Shown: one piece after another, positions 47,136 to 60,415 of the stretch
How positions within the stretch are numbered: position 1 is the first letter of the stretch
Layout of the letters: each line of letters starts with the position of its first letter
NCBI RefSeq assembly: GCF_006345805.1
Contig: NC_043006.1
Span: forward strand, 64,046,001-64,110,000
From: Octopus sinensis
Taxonomy: Eukaryota
Length of the DNA stretch: 64,000 nt
Direction of reading: 5' to 3'
Notes under the pieces: generated by a model
The model's database searches: none
What the model saw: the letters and a program-made list of their open reading frames with translations, nothing else
What the model was told of the DNA's origin: nothing
Position numbers and translations under genes: made by a program

Positions 47136-47659
47136 CTTTTATTATTGTCAGTGAATGTCGGAGCGACCGAACGTTTGTGTCAGATCTTTGCGACACATCC
47201 GGATTAACTTAGAAAAAAAAGTATTTCTTATTTATTGCAATATGGTAAATCAGAAAGCATTCAGATTGATAAAAGGTCCACCCCATATTAAACGTGTTTG
47301 ACGAGCCATATCTTTTTGTATTATTAATGCAGGGTCGAAAATGGCCTCAGTTGTAGCAGGAAGAGGTGCAGTTATCTCAAAAATGTGAGCAAACGCTACG
47401 TAAATTTTTTGAAAGAAAAAAAAAAAGAACACCGCTTCAAGCGCAAACGTTGTACAAGAGAAGGTAAAGAATAAGATCCGAAAGAAACAGTAAAGACAGT
47501 AACGGCAGCACCCAAAACAGAAGCCAAAACCAGCAACTTGAGAAAAGGGGAGAAAGTGCATGAGGTAATGTCACAAAAGACTAGGCACGAACACTGGCCT
47601 TTAGTTTGTTGTCATCTTTGAGAAATACTAGGGACATGTGGTGAGCATGGGCGAGAAAG

Positions 47660-47900
47660 TCTGCACGGAGCTCCAGGTCCTGATAATCTCACCTCTCGAT
47701 GAACACAAAACTATATCAGAGCTATTTCCCACTGAAACAGTAGATGGGGGTCCCATGGACTGGTGACTCGGTGTAGAAGGCCCAGTTGCTACATGTGTGG
47801 CAGTATAGACCACTTGACTGTTTACTATCGAGAAGAAAAGGAAACGCGAAAGAGCGCGTCGGCAACAACAGCAGCAGGACCACAAATGAAAACCACACCT
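47660..47900 (+). mobile_element. Decayed gag-like/ORF1 remnant with degenerate CCHC zinc knuckle
   Basis: ELQVLIISPLDEHKTISELFPTETVDGG, then after a frameshift LVTRCRRPSCYMCGSIDHLTVYY (C-x2-C-x4-H-x4-Y; last Cys lost). Confidence 0.5.
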
Positions 47901-48404
47901 GTTGTGTGGCTTAATCGGTACAGAGTTCAAATGCTGTCAGGGTCGTCTTGGCTTACTTCCTCACGTGTAGACGGTGGGGAGGGGCTAAAATAAGCACTAG
48001 GTTTATGTAATTGACCACAACCTCCCTCATAAATTTGTAGCTTTGAGCGTGTTAGGAATTATTAGTGCGTCGGACAAAAGATTTGTGATACTTGTTCCAG
48101 CTCTTTATTTTCTGAATTCAGGAACCAGAAATGCTGGCGGACATAATTGAGCAAATTGACTCCCAATACATAGCTGTCCTACTTTACAAACGAGCAGGGT
48201 CCGTGGAAATCCTTTCTCTTTATTAGGGTTTATATTTCTACTTTGATTTATAGATTTATAGAGCCTCGTAATATTGTTTCAGAACGTTAAAGGTTTCAAT
48301 TTTGTTTTTGATTTCATTCCACCGTTGTCTTAAAAACGTAATAACACCCGAACACACATTTTGACTGGTAAAATAATATCATATAAATAGCGCGTTGTGT
48401 GTGT

Positions 48405-48439
<35 letters not shown>

Positions 48440-48458
<19 letters not shown>

Positions 48459-48635
48459 CGTCCCCACAACCGCTTAACAACCGATGTTGGTGTGTTTGCG
48501 TCCCTGTAACCTAGAGGTTCGGCAAAATTAACCGATAGCATAAGAACCAGCATAAGAACGGATTCGACTAAAAGTTCTTCAAAGCGGTGCCTCAGCATGG
48601 CCGCAATCAAATGACTGGAATAAATAAAAGAAAAC
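48440..48635 (+). mobile_element. SINE family B, 3' half
   Basis: CAACCGATGTTGGTGTGTTT...GGTTCGGCAAAA...GCGGTGCCTCAGCATGGCCGC. Confidence 0.85.
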
Positions 48636-48671
48636 TGCTAAAAGATACAAATAATTTATGCATAATCTCTG

Positions 48672-48890
48672 ACATAGGCATGAGAGAGGGAACAGTTTTA
48701 CATCGACCCCATGCACTCAATTCGTACTTTTCTTCATTCTTTCTCTTTTTCTTTCTTCCTTTTTTTTAAAAAAAGCTATCTCGAAAGGGTAAAAGACAGT
48801 TGACCTCGACAAGATTTGAATTGAAAGCAGGATTTGTAACTAAACACTGCAATACATTTTGTCCGGTGCTTTAACGATTATTTCATCCAA
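48672..48890 (-). mobile_element. SINE family A, old
   Basis: TTACATCGACCCC...CGAAAGGGTAAAAGACAGTTGACCTCG...CATTTTGTCCGGTG. Confidence 0.55.
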
Positions 48891-49179
48891 ATATTTATAA
48901 CACGTAAGTTTTACGACGGCGTACACGGTTTGCAATATTCGTTTCCGCCCACAGACACCGAGAGAGAGAGAGACAGAGAGAGAAAAAGAGGCAGATATAC
49001 AGAGGTGGAATATGAAGAAAGGGAGAGAAGTAACCAAATGAAGCATGAATTGTTCACTGATGAATGTTACCATTACATGGATGATATGTATTCATATTTG
49101 GTCAAGTGAATGCTATAGTGGTGGACGTGGCGACGGTGTAAATGCCACCGTTAGAAACCGGGTGGTGGCTGCGGAGAGA

Positions 49180-49420
49180 GTGCGATAGCATTGATGATAG
49201 TTGTGATGGAATGCTGATGATAGTGCTGGTGATGGTGGTGGTAGTAGTGCAGGTGGCGGTGGTGATGCAAGTCGCAGCTGCGGTGATAGTAGTCGGAGTG
49301 GTTGATGCTGATGACGTCGGTGGTGGTGCTTGCAGTCGCAGTGTTGGTGAAGAAATGGCGGTGATAGCAGCGCTGTTGGCGTTGATGGTGGTAATTACGA
49401 TTAGGATGATAAAATTGATA

Positions 49421-49454
<34 letters not shown>

Positions 49455-49485
49455 TAGTAGAAGTAGTAGTGGTGGTGGTGGTGGG
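49180..49485. repeat. Degenerate GGT/GAT/GTA trinucleotide low-complexity tract
   Basis: Direct reading; the source of the poly-V and poly-H ORFs. Confidence 0.85.
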
Positions 49486-49624
49486 AAAGACGGTCGTCTG
49501 CGTATTTATGCATGGTTAATTGAACGCCGGGGAATGTGAGGAAATTTGACGGAAGTCACCGACACGGGTTCGGAATAAGCACTTGGAAATGAGTGGAAGC
49601 AACACTGTCAAATCTTTATGCGCC

Positions 49625-49627
49625 TAT

Positions 49628-49682
<55 letters not shown>

Positions 49683-49736
49683 CATACATACATATATATA
49701 TTACACACACACACATATATATATACGTATATATAC

Positions 49737-49768
<32 letters not shown>

Positions 49769-49844
49769 ATACATATATATATATATACACACACACACAT
49801 ATATATATATACGTATATATACATATACATATATATATGTATAC

Positions 49845-49875
<31 letters not shown>

Positions 49876-49880
49876 ATATT
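49625..49880. repeat. Compound (TA)/(TACA) microsatellite
   Basis: Direct reading. Confidence 0.95.
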
Positions 49881-49991
49881 ACTTATGAGTAATATGATTA
49901 ATTAGTTTACCCACGGGTGACTGTGGAGGAAGTGTGTGGTAGTAGTGGGGGGGGAACGTAACACGCGAGAGAGAATGCCTGCACAGAAAGA

Positions 49992-50037
<46 letters not shown>

Positions 50038-50269
50038 GTGTGCTCAAAGATGGAGGTTTGTGTAAGCATCATTGCATCACATTTATCAAAGTGCATCTCA
50101 ATGTGTGTGTTTGAGTCAAAATAGGAATATAGGTGTGCGAAAGTGAACGTGTGAGAGTTACTGTGTGTAAAAAAAAAAAGTGTGAATACTTGCGATGTGA
50201 ATGTGTTAGTATGTATGTATGTATGTATCATAGAATTACGAGTGTGACTATATGACGTGTGAATACCTA

Positions 50270-50613
50270 TCTACTAATCTATCTATCTATCTATTTATCC
50301 ATCCGTCCTTCTACCTACCTATCTATCCATCCATCCATCTACGTACCTATCCATCCACCCACCTATCTATCTATGTCTGTCTGTCTATGTATCTATCTAT
50401 TTATCTATCTGTCTGTCTGTGTATATCTATCTATCTGTCTGTGTATATCTATGTATCTATCTGTCTGTCTGTGTATATCTATCTATCTATCTATCTGTCT
50501 GTGTATATCTATGTATCTATCTGTCTGTCTGTGTATATCTATCTATCTATCTATCTGTCTGTGTATATCTATCTATCTATCTATCTGTCTGTGTATATCT
50601 ATCTATCTGTGTA

Positions 50614-50646
<33 letters not shown>

Positions 50647-50657
50647 GTCTGTGTATA

Positions 50658-50720
<63 letters not shown>

Positions 50721-50730
50721 ATGTATGTAT
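50270..50730. repeat. (TATC)n-derived higher-order minisatellite plus (TA)n
   Basis: Repeated CTGTCTGTGTATATCTAT(CTAT)n units. Confidence 0.9.
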
Positions 50731-51240
50731 ATATGTACGAGAGTAAAAGAATGAGCGAGCGACTGTATGTGTCAGCGTATGTGTGCATATGTGTATGTGT
50801 GTGTGTGCTTAAATAAACATGTATGCCAAGACGTATCTAAGAATGCATCTAAACGTAAGCCACCCTGTACATGTCTGTAGGTGTATGCATATAACTGTGT
50901 GTAGGTGTGTGTGCACGTGCACCTAAATAAGCATGACTCGTTGGATTTCGCTCGTACGCATGCGTGTACGCGTGTTTATGCAAATGTATTCACTTCACGT
51001 TCATTAACGTGTGTGTACTAATGTTTATGGTTGATTAGAGATCACTGGATTGAACATAGCACTGGGATAAAGGGAGTTAAGGGAGAAGAGGAAACTGAAA
51101 CAGATACAGACACGTTATATTTATAATATATATATGTATATACATACCTGCACACACACGTTTATATCTATATCTACATCTCTCTCTCTCTCTCTCCTCT
51201 CTCTGTATATATATATATATATATATATTACTCACATACA

Positions 51241-51282
<42 letters not shown>

Positions 51283-52003
51283 GCGCTAGATGGTGAAAGC
51301 AATGGTAAAGAGACAAAAAAGTTATACAGCAAGACATATAAATAGGAGATTGAGAGATAGAGAGGGGGAGACAGACAGACAGAGAGCAAACTTCAGTAGC
51401 TTCCGTGACAGTGAATCATGCGAGCAGATAGTGAAATTTCAGGCGGTATGGGGAAAATGATTAAGAGAGGAAAAGGTACCGTAACTTAGAGAGAAAGGTT
51501 GGAAGAAGAAAATAGACTTCTACAATAGAGAAAGGATATTATAGTTCTCAACCATTTTTCCCTATGTACCCCTTTAATTCCTATTTCACTATACTGGGCC
51601 TTCATGAGCCTTTCAATGCATATAAAAGAAATCTTACTGTATTTTTTATAATTAAAAATTATTAGGAATTGCATAAAAAAGATTAAAATATTTTGTGTAT
51701 TTTATTCAGTTTTGCCCTGTAATAATTCAGAACTATTATCCAATCGTACTTCTCACTTATCGTATCTCTGAGGCCCTATTGCATTTGTTTGTAAGTAAAA
51801 TTACATCTGCTGATATTATGAATTTATACAATTCTTGTCATATACATATAAACTTCTTTTCAAGTGAAATGTTTCTTAAGAATAAAATTTATGCAGCTTT
51901 GCGGTTTTCATTCCGGCTGCTTATGGCCTTAGTTCAAACCCTGAGTTCAGAATATAAACTGCTTTACAAGTTTCTTCTCTCAGATAAACTTTCAGGAGTG
52001 AGT

Positions 52004-52069
<66 letters not shown>

Positions 52070-52077
52070 GCGTCTCT

Positions 52078-52292
52078 GAGTTTTGGTTGTGTATATCACC
52101 ATCAACCGCTAGAGAAACATTGCTGGTTTGCTTACGTCGCTGTAACTTAGCGGTTAAGGCAAGAGAGATCAATAGAATAAGTAGGGGGACTTTAAAAAAC
52201 AATATAAGTACTGGGAGCGATCTGTTTGACTTAAAACTCTTCAAAGCGAGACCCCAAGAAGGCTGCAGTCCAATGTGTGAAACTAGAAAGAG
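52078..52292 (+). mobile_element. SINE family B, 3' half
   Basis: GTAACTTAGCGGTTAAGGCAAGAGAGATCAATAGAATAAGTA...GGCTGCAGTCCAATG. Confidence 0.75.
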
Positions 52293-52511
52293 TTACCAGC
52301 GGCAGAACTACAGCAACTTCTAACAGATCGGCAAAAAAAAAAACTAGAACAACAACTACAAGTGCAACCATGACCACCACTACAATATCAACCACCATCG
52401 CACACACACATGCACGCACGCAACAACAACAAAAAGAACAAGCTGTACGAGTGAGTGTTCAAACATCACCACCATTACCCTCAAACCAACACTACAAAAA
52501 AAGAAAAAAAA

Positions 52512-52830
52512 CCGGTCCTCCGTCGGTTACGACGACGAGTGTTCCAGTCGATTCAACCAGTGGAACAGGCTTCTCGTGAAATTACTATGCATGTGGCTGA
52601 GCACTCCACAGGCACGCGCACCCTTAACGTAGTTCCCGGGGAGATTCAGCATGACACAGACTGCAACCAGGTTAGCCGTTTGAATTACGGGTGCAACACA
52701 TTTTTTCCCAGCTGAGTGGATTGGAGTAACGAGAAATAAAGTGTCTTGCTTAAGGACACATCGCACCGCCAGAAGACGAACTCACGTCACGATCGATCAT
52801 AAACCTAACCACTAAGCTACGCGCCTTCAC
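52512..52830 (-). mobile_element. SINE with a family-C-type head and a different 3' body
   Basis: Minus strand GGCGCGTAGCTTAGTGGTTAGG...TCCACTCAGCTG, then a distinct body ending GTCGTAACCGACGGAG. Confidence 0.8.
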
Positions 52831-53245
52831 CAGCAGAATAACCAGCACCTGTACAACCAGTAGTATAACGACAAACATTATGACATATACAACAACAACA
52901 ACAAGATACAAGCAACGCTACCAATACAGTTATGACGGTGAGGTGAACAGTTATTACAAGTGAGTCAATCAGTCAAATGCGGAGATAACCAATTGTAAAC
53001 GATCGATATGAGACATAGGTATGTGTGTGTGTGTGTGTGTGAAAAGCCGCGTTTGTGTGTTGTTTATGTGCGTTGCTAGTGTGTTGTTTGTGCGTATGCA
53101 TCTGTGTTGTTTGTTTATATGTGCATGTGTGCTAGTGTGCATGTGCTGTTTCTGCCTGGGTGTGCACGTACGCGCGTGCTCGGGTGGGCGTGTGTGCCAC
53201 ATTCCGAAACACGCACAAGCCACAATTACTTCTTTCTTACAAACA

Positions 53246-53279
<34 letters not shown>

Positions 53280-54312
53280 ACACAACGATATAACAAACGT
53301 AACATTACTACTACTTCTACTACAACTATAACAAGCACCTCTACTACTACAACTACTGTTACTGATACAGCACCGGCAATAGATTGACCACTCCCACATG
53401 TATGTATGTATGTATGTATGTATGTATGTATGTATGTATGTTGTATGTATGTATGTATGTATGTATGTATGTACGTACGTACATACTTGTGTGTGTATAT
53501 AATGCTGATCATATTTTTGGTGTGGGGGTATGTGTCTAAACTCTCAATTCTTAACTTCGCAGTAATGTTAAAATTCCAAGGGCAATCGGAGAACCTAGCG
53601 AGGAAAGTCTCCTTGGGTTGGGAAATTAACATCAATTAGTGGGCGTGTGTGTGTGTGTGTGTGTGTGTGTGTTTATATATAGCTAATTTTCCTTCGTGTT
53701 TGTTTTGAAGGATTCTAATTTGATGTTAATGTGACGTAATAGATTGTGTAAAAGCATGCAAATATGAGCTTTGTATATTGCAGGGAGAATTTGTGTTGGT
53801 TCAAAGCCCAGCCCATGTCACCTAAAATCCAGCTGCGTGTGTCACGCAAAAGCCTGCAGCGTGTCGTTGGCTGACATGACTATCGTACGTAGGTCCAACA
53901 TCACTGGAAGAGAGGTTAAGAAATACGGAACTTCAATGAATTTGTGTGCGCGCGTGCGTGCGTGTGTGTGTGTGTTTGTGTGTGTGTGCGTGTGTGCATG
54001 CGTGCGTGCGTGCGCATGTGTATGTGAATGTGTGAAGGGGTGAGAGCGACACAGCAAGAGAAAAGAAGAGCGGGTGTGTGCAAAAGCATTACGCGCGAGT
54101 GAGAAAGAGAGAGTGTAAGAACGTTTGTGAGAGAAAGACAGCAAGAGTGTGTGTGCGTGTGCACTTGCATATAAATGTGTGTATGCTAAAGAGCATTTAA
54201 GTATGTCAGCACGTGTATGCATGAGTACGTTAGCAAGTGCCAACGTGCGCGTGTTCCTGTGTGCATGTATGCGTATGTATGTGTGTAGACATAGCAGTTA
54301 AACAAAAGTAAA

Positions 54313-54349
<37 letters not shown>

Positions 54350-55332
54350 AGAGAGGGAGAGAGTAAGAGAGAGACAGAAAGAGAGAGTGGAAGAAGAGGG
54401 ACAGACAGAAAGTGAGTGAGTCAGTGTGTACATGTCCCAATGTATATGTGTTTATGTGTGAGGGACGAGATGAAGTTGTATGTTTTGTGTACTCCAATAA
54501 ATACACAGATGAAATCTGAAAAGCTAATTACAAGGTCCCACTAGACTCAGTCAATGGCATAACCACCAATAATAACGCTTACATTCCAGCTTTCTAGAGT
54601 TAAATGGATGTCAGACAAATCTCCTCCACTTGGGAGTATACGAACCTCCCGGACACCATGCGAACGGAAATGAGCTAAAAAAAACCGCAACCCATCGAGT
54701 CGCTCGTCAACACAAGGATGTCAAGAGGTACAACTTGAAGTCACAACTCCATGAGTCGGAACAGATAAGGCAATGCACTCTTGCGATGCTCTAAGAACAG
54801 CCATCCTTCTTCAAAAGATAGATCTTCTGTTCAGAGAAGGTACTCAGCACTGAGATCATTTCGAAATGATATATAAATGAGTAATCTCAGCGTGTGTACG
54901 CTAGCGTATCGCAGATATGAGCTAGTAGCTAGCTATTATATACTTATTCCCTTATACTGTTTAGGTGAACTGAGACAAACATTTTAATGTACTGCGCAGA
55001 AACACAAATTTATTAATGTGGATTTGATCACACAATCAATATTCAACAATTTCGATACCTTATCTACCGAATCATTTCGGTTATGGCCAGAAATCGCAGG
55101 TGAATGAATCTAGTTGATGTGAAATGGTTCTACGGAAAGGCAAATCGGGATTACAGCGTCACAGCGAACTAAGTCCTAATATAATGTGGTGGGCAATATT
55201 TTTAATTCAACAAGGCACTATTTGAAGCAAGGACATAGAAACTTTGGTGAACAAAGATAAACTCTTCCTAACAAAACAAAAACAAAAGGTGACAACTCAA
55301 AATCCGAAATAAAATTTTCGAGACGCGTCGAT

Positions 55333-55700
55333 AGGCTGTGATGTGGTTGTGTGGCAAGAAGTTTGTTTCCCAATCGCATGGTTCGAGGTTCAGTCCCACA
55401 GCGTGTGACTTAGAGCAAATGTCTTATACCATACCGCCGGGCCGATTAAAGCCTTAGGAGTGGATTTGGTGGACAGAATCTGGAAAAATCCGTTCTGTGT
55501 GTGTTTCTTTGTGTTTATCAACCAGCATTGCTTGACAGCTGATGCGTTTATGTCCCCGTAACTTAGCGGTTCGGTGAAAAAGACCAACGCAGTGAATACC
55601 AGGCTTTAAGGAAATGAATATTATCATCGATTTGTCCTACTAAATCCTTCAAGGCAGTGCTCCAGCAAGCCGCCGTCCTACGACCGAAACAATTAAAAGG
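55333..55700 (+). mobile_element. SINE family B, full length, decayed
   Basis: GTGGTTGTGTGGCAAGAAG head through GGCAGTGCTCCAGCAAGCCGC tail. Confidence 0.85.
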
Positions 55701-55944
55701 TAACAGATACTAGAGTTACAATTACTTCAAAATGGAAATAGGTTTAGGAAGACAAACAAAAGCCTAATGATGACCTGACGAAGTACATAAAGACACACGA
55801 ACAATACACCACCCAATCTATTATTACGACAAAATTTGACACAAAAGCATCTATACTCATACATATAACCATTTATAATAATAATAATAATAATAATATA
55901 ATAATAATAATAATAATAATAAATACAGTTGTAATTTTAAAAAT

Positions 55945-56185
55945 CTTTGTTTCAGTCACTGGCCTGCTGCCATGCTGGAATACACCGCCTTGAAGGGTTT
56001 TAGTCGAACCACTCGAACCTAGCATTTAGTTTTAAGTTTGTTACTTATCCGAATAGATTTTTTTTGCCGAACTGCTAAGTTACGAGGACGTAAACAAAAC
56101 CACACCGGCTGTCAAGCAACGGTAAAGGCAAACAGAAAGAAACCCCCGGTCGCCAAATGGGGTGAATGGGAGGACAGCAAGCACG

Positions 56186-56245
<60 letters not shown>

Positions 56246-56430
56246 ATATATATATATATACACACGACGGGCTTCCGCAGTTTCCGCTTACTAAATCCAA
56301 TCAAAAAGCATTGGTTGGCCCGAGGCTATAGTAGAAGACACTTGCTCAAGGTGCCGCGCAGCGTGACTGAACCCCAAACCACGTGATTTTGTAAAGCAAG
56401 TTTCTTAATCACACCACCATTCCTACGTCT
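55945..56430 (-). mobile_element. SINE family B, full length
   Basis: Tail, TTTTGCCGAACTGCTAAGTTAC, central (CA)(TA), GAGGCTATAGTAGAAGACACTTGC. Confidence 0.88.
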
Positions 56431-57261
56431 ATATACATAATTAAGCAATTACGCACGAACACACTTAAACAAATGCGTATTTTCGAAATAGGAGATGACA
56501 CAAAAGAAGGAAAGAGAGAAAAAGAAAGAGAGAAAAAGAAAGAAAGAAAAAAGAAAGAAAGAAAGAAAGAAAAGAAGTTCACTTAACCGCGTAACAGTGA
56601 CGTACTGAATGAAAGCAGACGACACCAAGTGTCACGTTTACTGATAAACAAGGAAAAGCTAGAGCTGCAGTCGTTATTGTGATTCCAGAAGGAATCACCG
56701 ATGCAACTAGCACATCTCACTCACACTTATTACACACAAACAGGCAACCAATACTGCAACGGAGATATGACGACATTTTCTCCTTGAGTAACAGTTGGAA
56801 CGGAGAGCGGGAAGGCGGTGGGGGAGGATGAGGGGGAAGAAGAAATCAGCGTTTATGAAACAAACGCATAGAAATAGAGACCAAAAGAAAGGCAGAAGAG
56901 GAACGTCAGAGTGAAAGAGAGACACAGAGACCGGGAGAAGAGACAGAGAAGCAGAAAGATCGTGTAAAAGGAGAATGAAACACACACGTTCGTGAGTGTA
57001 TGTGTATACATATACATACACACAAAAATAAATATATAAATATACATACATGTATGTTTATATGCGTATGCACACACACACACACATACATGCATGCGTG
57101 CGCATACACATACACACACCATATTACGATGCATCGTTTGCTCTAATTATGGGAAACAAATTCTTGATCAAGTAGAATTGTGATCAATAGTATTCAAAGC
57201 AATTCCGCTTTATATTCAGAAAGTTCATCTCCACCAACGTTGTATAATGTATTGTACTTTT

Positions 57262-57330
57262 AATCTTTTAGACGGTAAAGTGTAGTTTAAGGAAGACTTG
57301 AATGCTATTTCTAACAGGTCGAGAGACCAC
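57262..57330 (-). mobile_element. Repeat family D fragment
   Basis: AGACGGTAAAGTGTAGTTT...GCTATTTCTAACAGGTCGAG. Confidence 0.55.
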
Positions 57331-58568
57331 GTAAATGTTTCGTCTTCATTGTCTCGTTACATTTGCGCAGTTTCTAAGGAAGCAGGCAATTGCGACTTCC
57401 GTCATTTTCTCAATGGAGGCTTTCGATTGGCTAAAATTGCGTAACTTTAAATGCTTGTAACTTTTATATTATTTATTTCTAGGGAGAGAAAAAGTGAATG
57501 TAACTTTTGCTATCATCAAGGAAAACTACATCAGTGGAGCAAAAGTGAGAAAATATATCAGGGGAAATATCTTTTAAAATTTTGATTGGAAAGAATTTTA
57601 AAAAGAACCTAATTTCATGATGCAAGCCTTCATCTTCTTTAATAATTTCCATAAAAATTTAAAATAGGGGACACTAGTCCACGCTCATAAAAAAGTCATG
57701 TGTTGGGTGGAATTATATATAACCTTTATTTTATTTTTGAAATCTGCTTTTAAGAGGTGTTTGTAAAGAATAAAAGAAAAAACAATTATTCAGTGAAAGG
57801 AGACATAGGACTTACAAAAGGTTCAGAACCAATCCGTTAACAAAAAGGAGAAGAGGTCCTTATTGGAGCGGTAGAGGTAGAATGAGATGAAAACGTGACT
57901 GTAGATTAGAAGTTGACGTTTAATTGGCCAAGTGCTGCTTAGTCGGTTGTGTGTAGTTCTTTTTTTGTTTTAGTTGATTTTGCGGTTCATGGTGTTTCAT
58001 ATGCGTGGCCAGAGACAACAGCAAGACCGTGTAACACGGACAAAGGCAACCTTTCTCGAGAAGCGGGCCGCATGAGGGAAACCTCATTGTCAGGCAGGTC
58101 GAACTACTGAAGAAAAAAACATTCAAGCTAATTTTTCGTTAGACGTGCATTTAGGAAATCCCGCGGACCGCAGTTTGCTCACGACTGGTCTAACGAGTTT
58201 AGAGCACTAATCCAATCTAAGGTCATTCCTGAACTCGGCATTGCTGCTGATGTGGTACTTCATTTACAGTCCGACCACAAAGACAAGTGACAAGATATAA
58301 ACCCCAATTTCTACCCACCCCTAAGTAGCATAGCATTTTCATGAGAGATTTATCATCAAATGGCGAACAATCTCATTCCACGATCCTAGTTCGATTCTCG
58401 GTTGAAGTTATTCCAGTTTCGGCGGTAATGCTCTTTGAGAAGACATGAACGTCACAATTCGTTTTTACCCCACTTCTTTCGTAGATCACACACCAGCAGA
58501 TACCGCTGATCTCGATAAGGCTTAAGCAATGAACTCCCTGTTCAACATCTTTCTGTGTGCACGTGTCT

Positions 58569-58569
<1 letters not shown>

Positions 58570-58649
<80 letters not shown>

Positions 58650-58650
58650 T
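58570..58650. repeat. (GT)n microsatellite
   Basis: Direct reading. Confidence 0.95.
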
Positions 58651-59769
58651 GCGTGATAACGTGGTGGGGAAGGCTACGTAACCTGAAAAGAAACTCATCA
58701 ATGAGCCGCCAGACTTGACCTGAAACAACATGATTGATTTTCACTCCAACCACCCCCGAATAGAATCTCATTTCTCTCTCCTTTACTCCCACACGCGGCC
58801 TACATATTCCCCATATTATTTATTTATCCCCCACCAACGCACGCATCGAACCGTTCATGCGCTTCTCAATTCAGGTGCAATATCATAAACATGCACGTGC
58901 ACGCACGCACACACACACACACAACACAACACAAGGGGAACATCGAAACGAAGTAACCGAACGGCCAGCCAGCCAGCCAGCCAGCCAGTGCAAAGTTCTA
59001 TAGTTTTATATTTACTAACAGACACGCTTTGCCGCACTCCATTTCGGCTGTTGTTTTCTAGAACAATCTAAGTAACACCGAACAATTGAATGAATTAAAC
59101 GCACCGGAATGTATCTGAAATCACATGAGAAAACTAACAAATCTGCACACAAAAGTGCCAATCAACAAATAAACAAATACCATTATTATTATTATTATTA
59201 TGAAAACGATTCAAAAAGATTTTTCTTGGCATTATCTGCAATTGTGCTTTCGTGATTTCACTGTGCTTAATTGAATGATAGAACACTAACTATATATGTA
59301 ACAGAAACAGCCAACACATTAGTAGTTTTGTTCCGAAACGGCCTAGATTAATTAAACCTATGATCAAAGACCTTCCAACCGTAACCAACCCTGAATTTTA
59401 TTTCCAGGGGTGGTCTTTCGCTATTAGTAGATGACGCTATTCACCCACACGACGTTTTCCCGTGACATGAATAAAGAAGCTAGGCGTTGAATGACGTCGT
59501 CTACTAATACCGAAAGAGTTCCTTTCTAGATACACGATGAGGGAGATTTGATTGCTGTTTCTAATTACAACATAGAGACTAACACTTTAACTCTCCACAC
59601 ATGTTTGTGACTGTATGTGCTGGAGATTTTTACAAATAAATTTAAAAGAACATTATAAATATTTATATGTGTCAGGAAGATGAGATGAGAGGCGTGGAGA
59701 AGAACAAGCTAAATTTGTCTCTGAAATTCCCAAGTACTTGCCTACGGGAAGTCTCAGTATAATAGATCT

Positions 59770-59940
59770 ATCTGCTTGAAGTAGCAGCCAAATCGTCATA
59801 TCTCACTCTGCTGTGTTAAAGAAAGGACACATTATGATATGTCATTCTAGATACAGCTAATAAGGAGCGGCAGTCGCGATTGGAACACCCTTGAACACAT
59901 ACCTGCCACGATCGGGACCACTCTAAAGCTTAACAACAAC
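59770..59940 (+). mobile_element. Repeat family D copy
   Basis: GAAGTAGCAGCCAAATC...GAAAGGACACATT...TCTAGATACA...TGGAACACCCTTGAA. Confidence 0.55.
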
Positions 59941-60341
59941 TACAAAGTTCATAGAATTGTAAATGTTTCAGGCTATTAGCCTCATGTTTAGAGGTAAGAG
60001 ATTTTAATACCGACCTTCATTCACACATTTCGATGAATTTGGTGTCTTATTCTTGTGCGCTGAACATAGCATTGGATTGGTTTTCGATCTTTTAGTCTAT
60101 CTCTTTTACTCGTTTGTCATTTGACTGTGCCCGTGCTGGAGCACCGCCTTCAAGAGTTTTTAATCGAATGAATCAACCACAGTACTTTTTTTTTAAGCCG
60201 AGTACTTATTCTATCGCTCTCCTTGGCCGAACCGCTACGTTACGGGGACATAAACACACCAACATCGGTTGTCAAGCGATGGCGGAGGTCAAACAGAGAC
60301 AGAAACGCGCGCGCGCGCACACGCACACACACACACACACA

Positions 60342-60414
<73 letters not shown>

Positions 60415-60415
60415 C

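Noticed and set aside
49142-49519. Poly-Val (membrane-like) and poly-His ORFs, also at 3650-3859
   Set aside because: Degenerate GGT/GAT trinucleotide tracts, not domain-like proteins.
54560-54800. Possible LINE remnant on the minus strand
   Set aside because: No frame gave a recognisable RT or endonuclease motif.
57973-58110. Acceptor-like TTTTGTTTTAG followed by a ~45-codon open frame
   Set aside because: No recognisable domain and no convincing donor; not supportable as an exon without RNA data.
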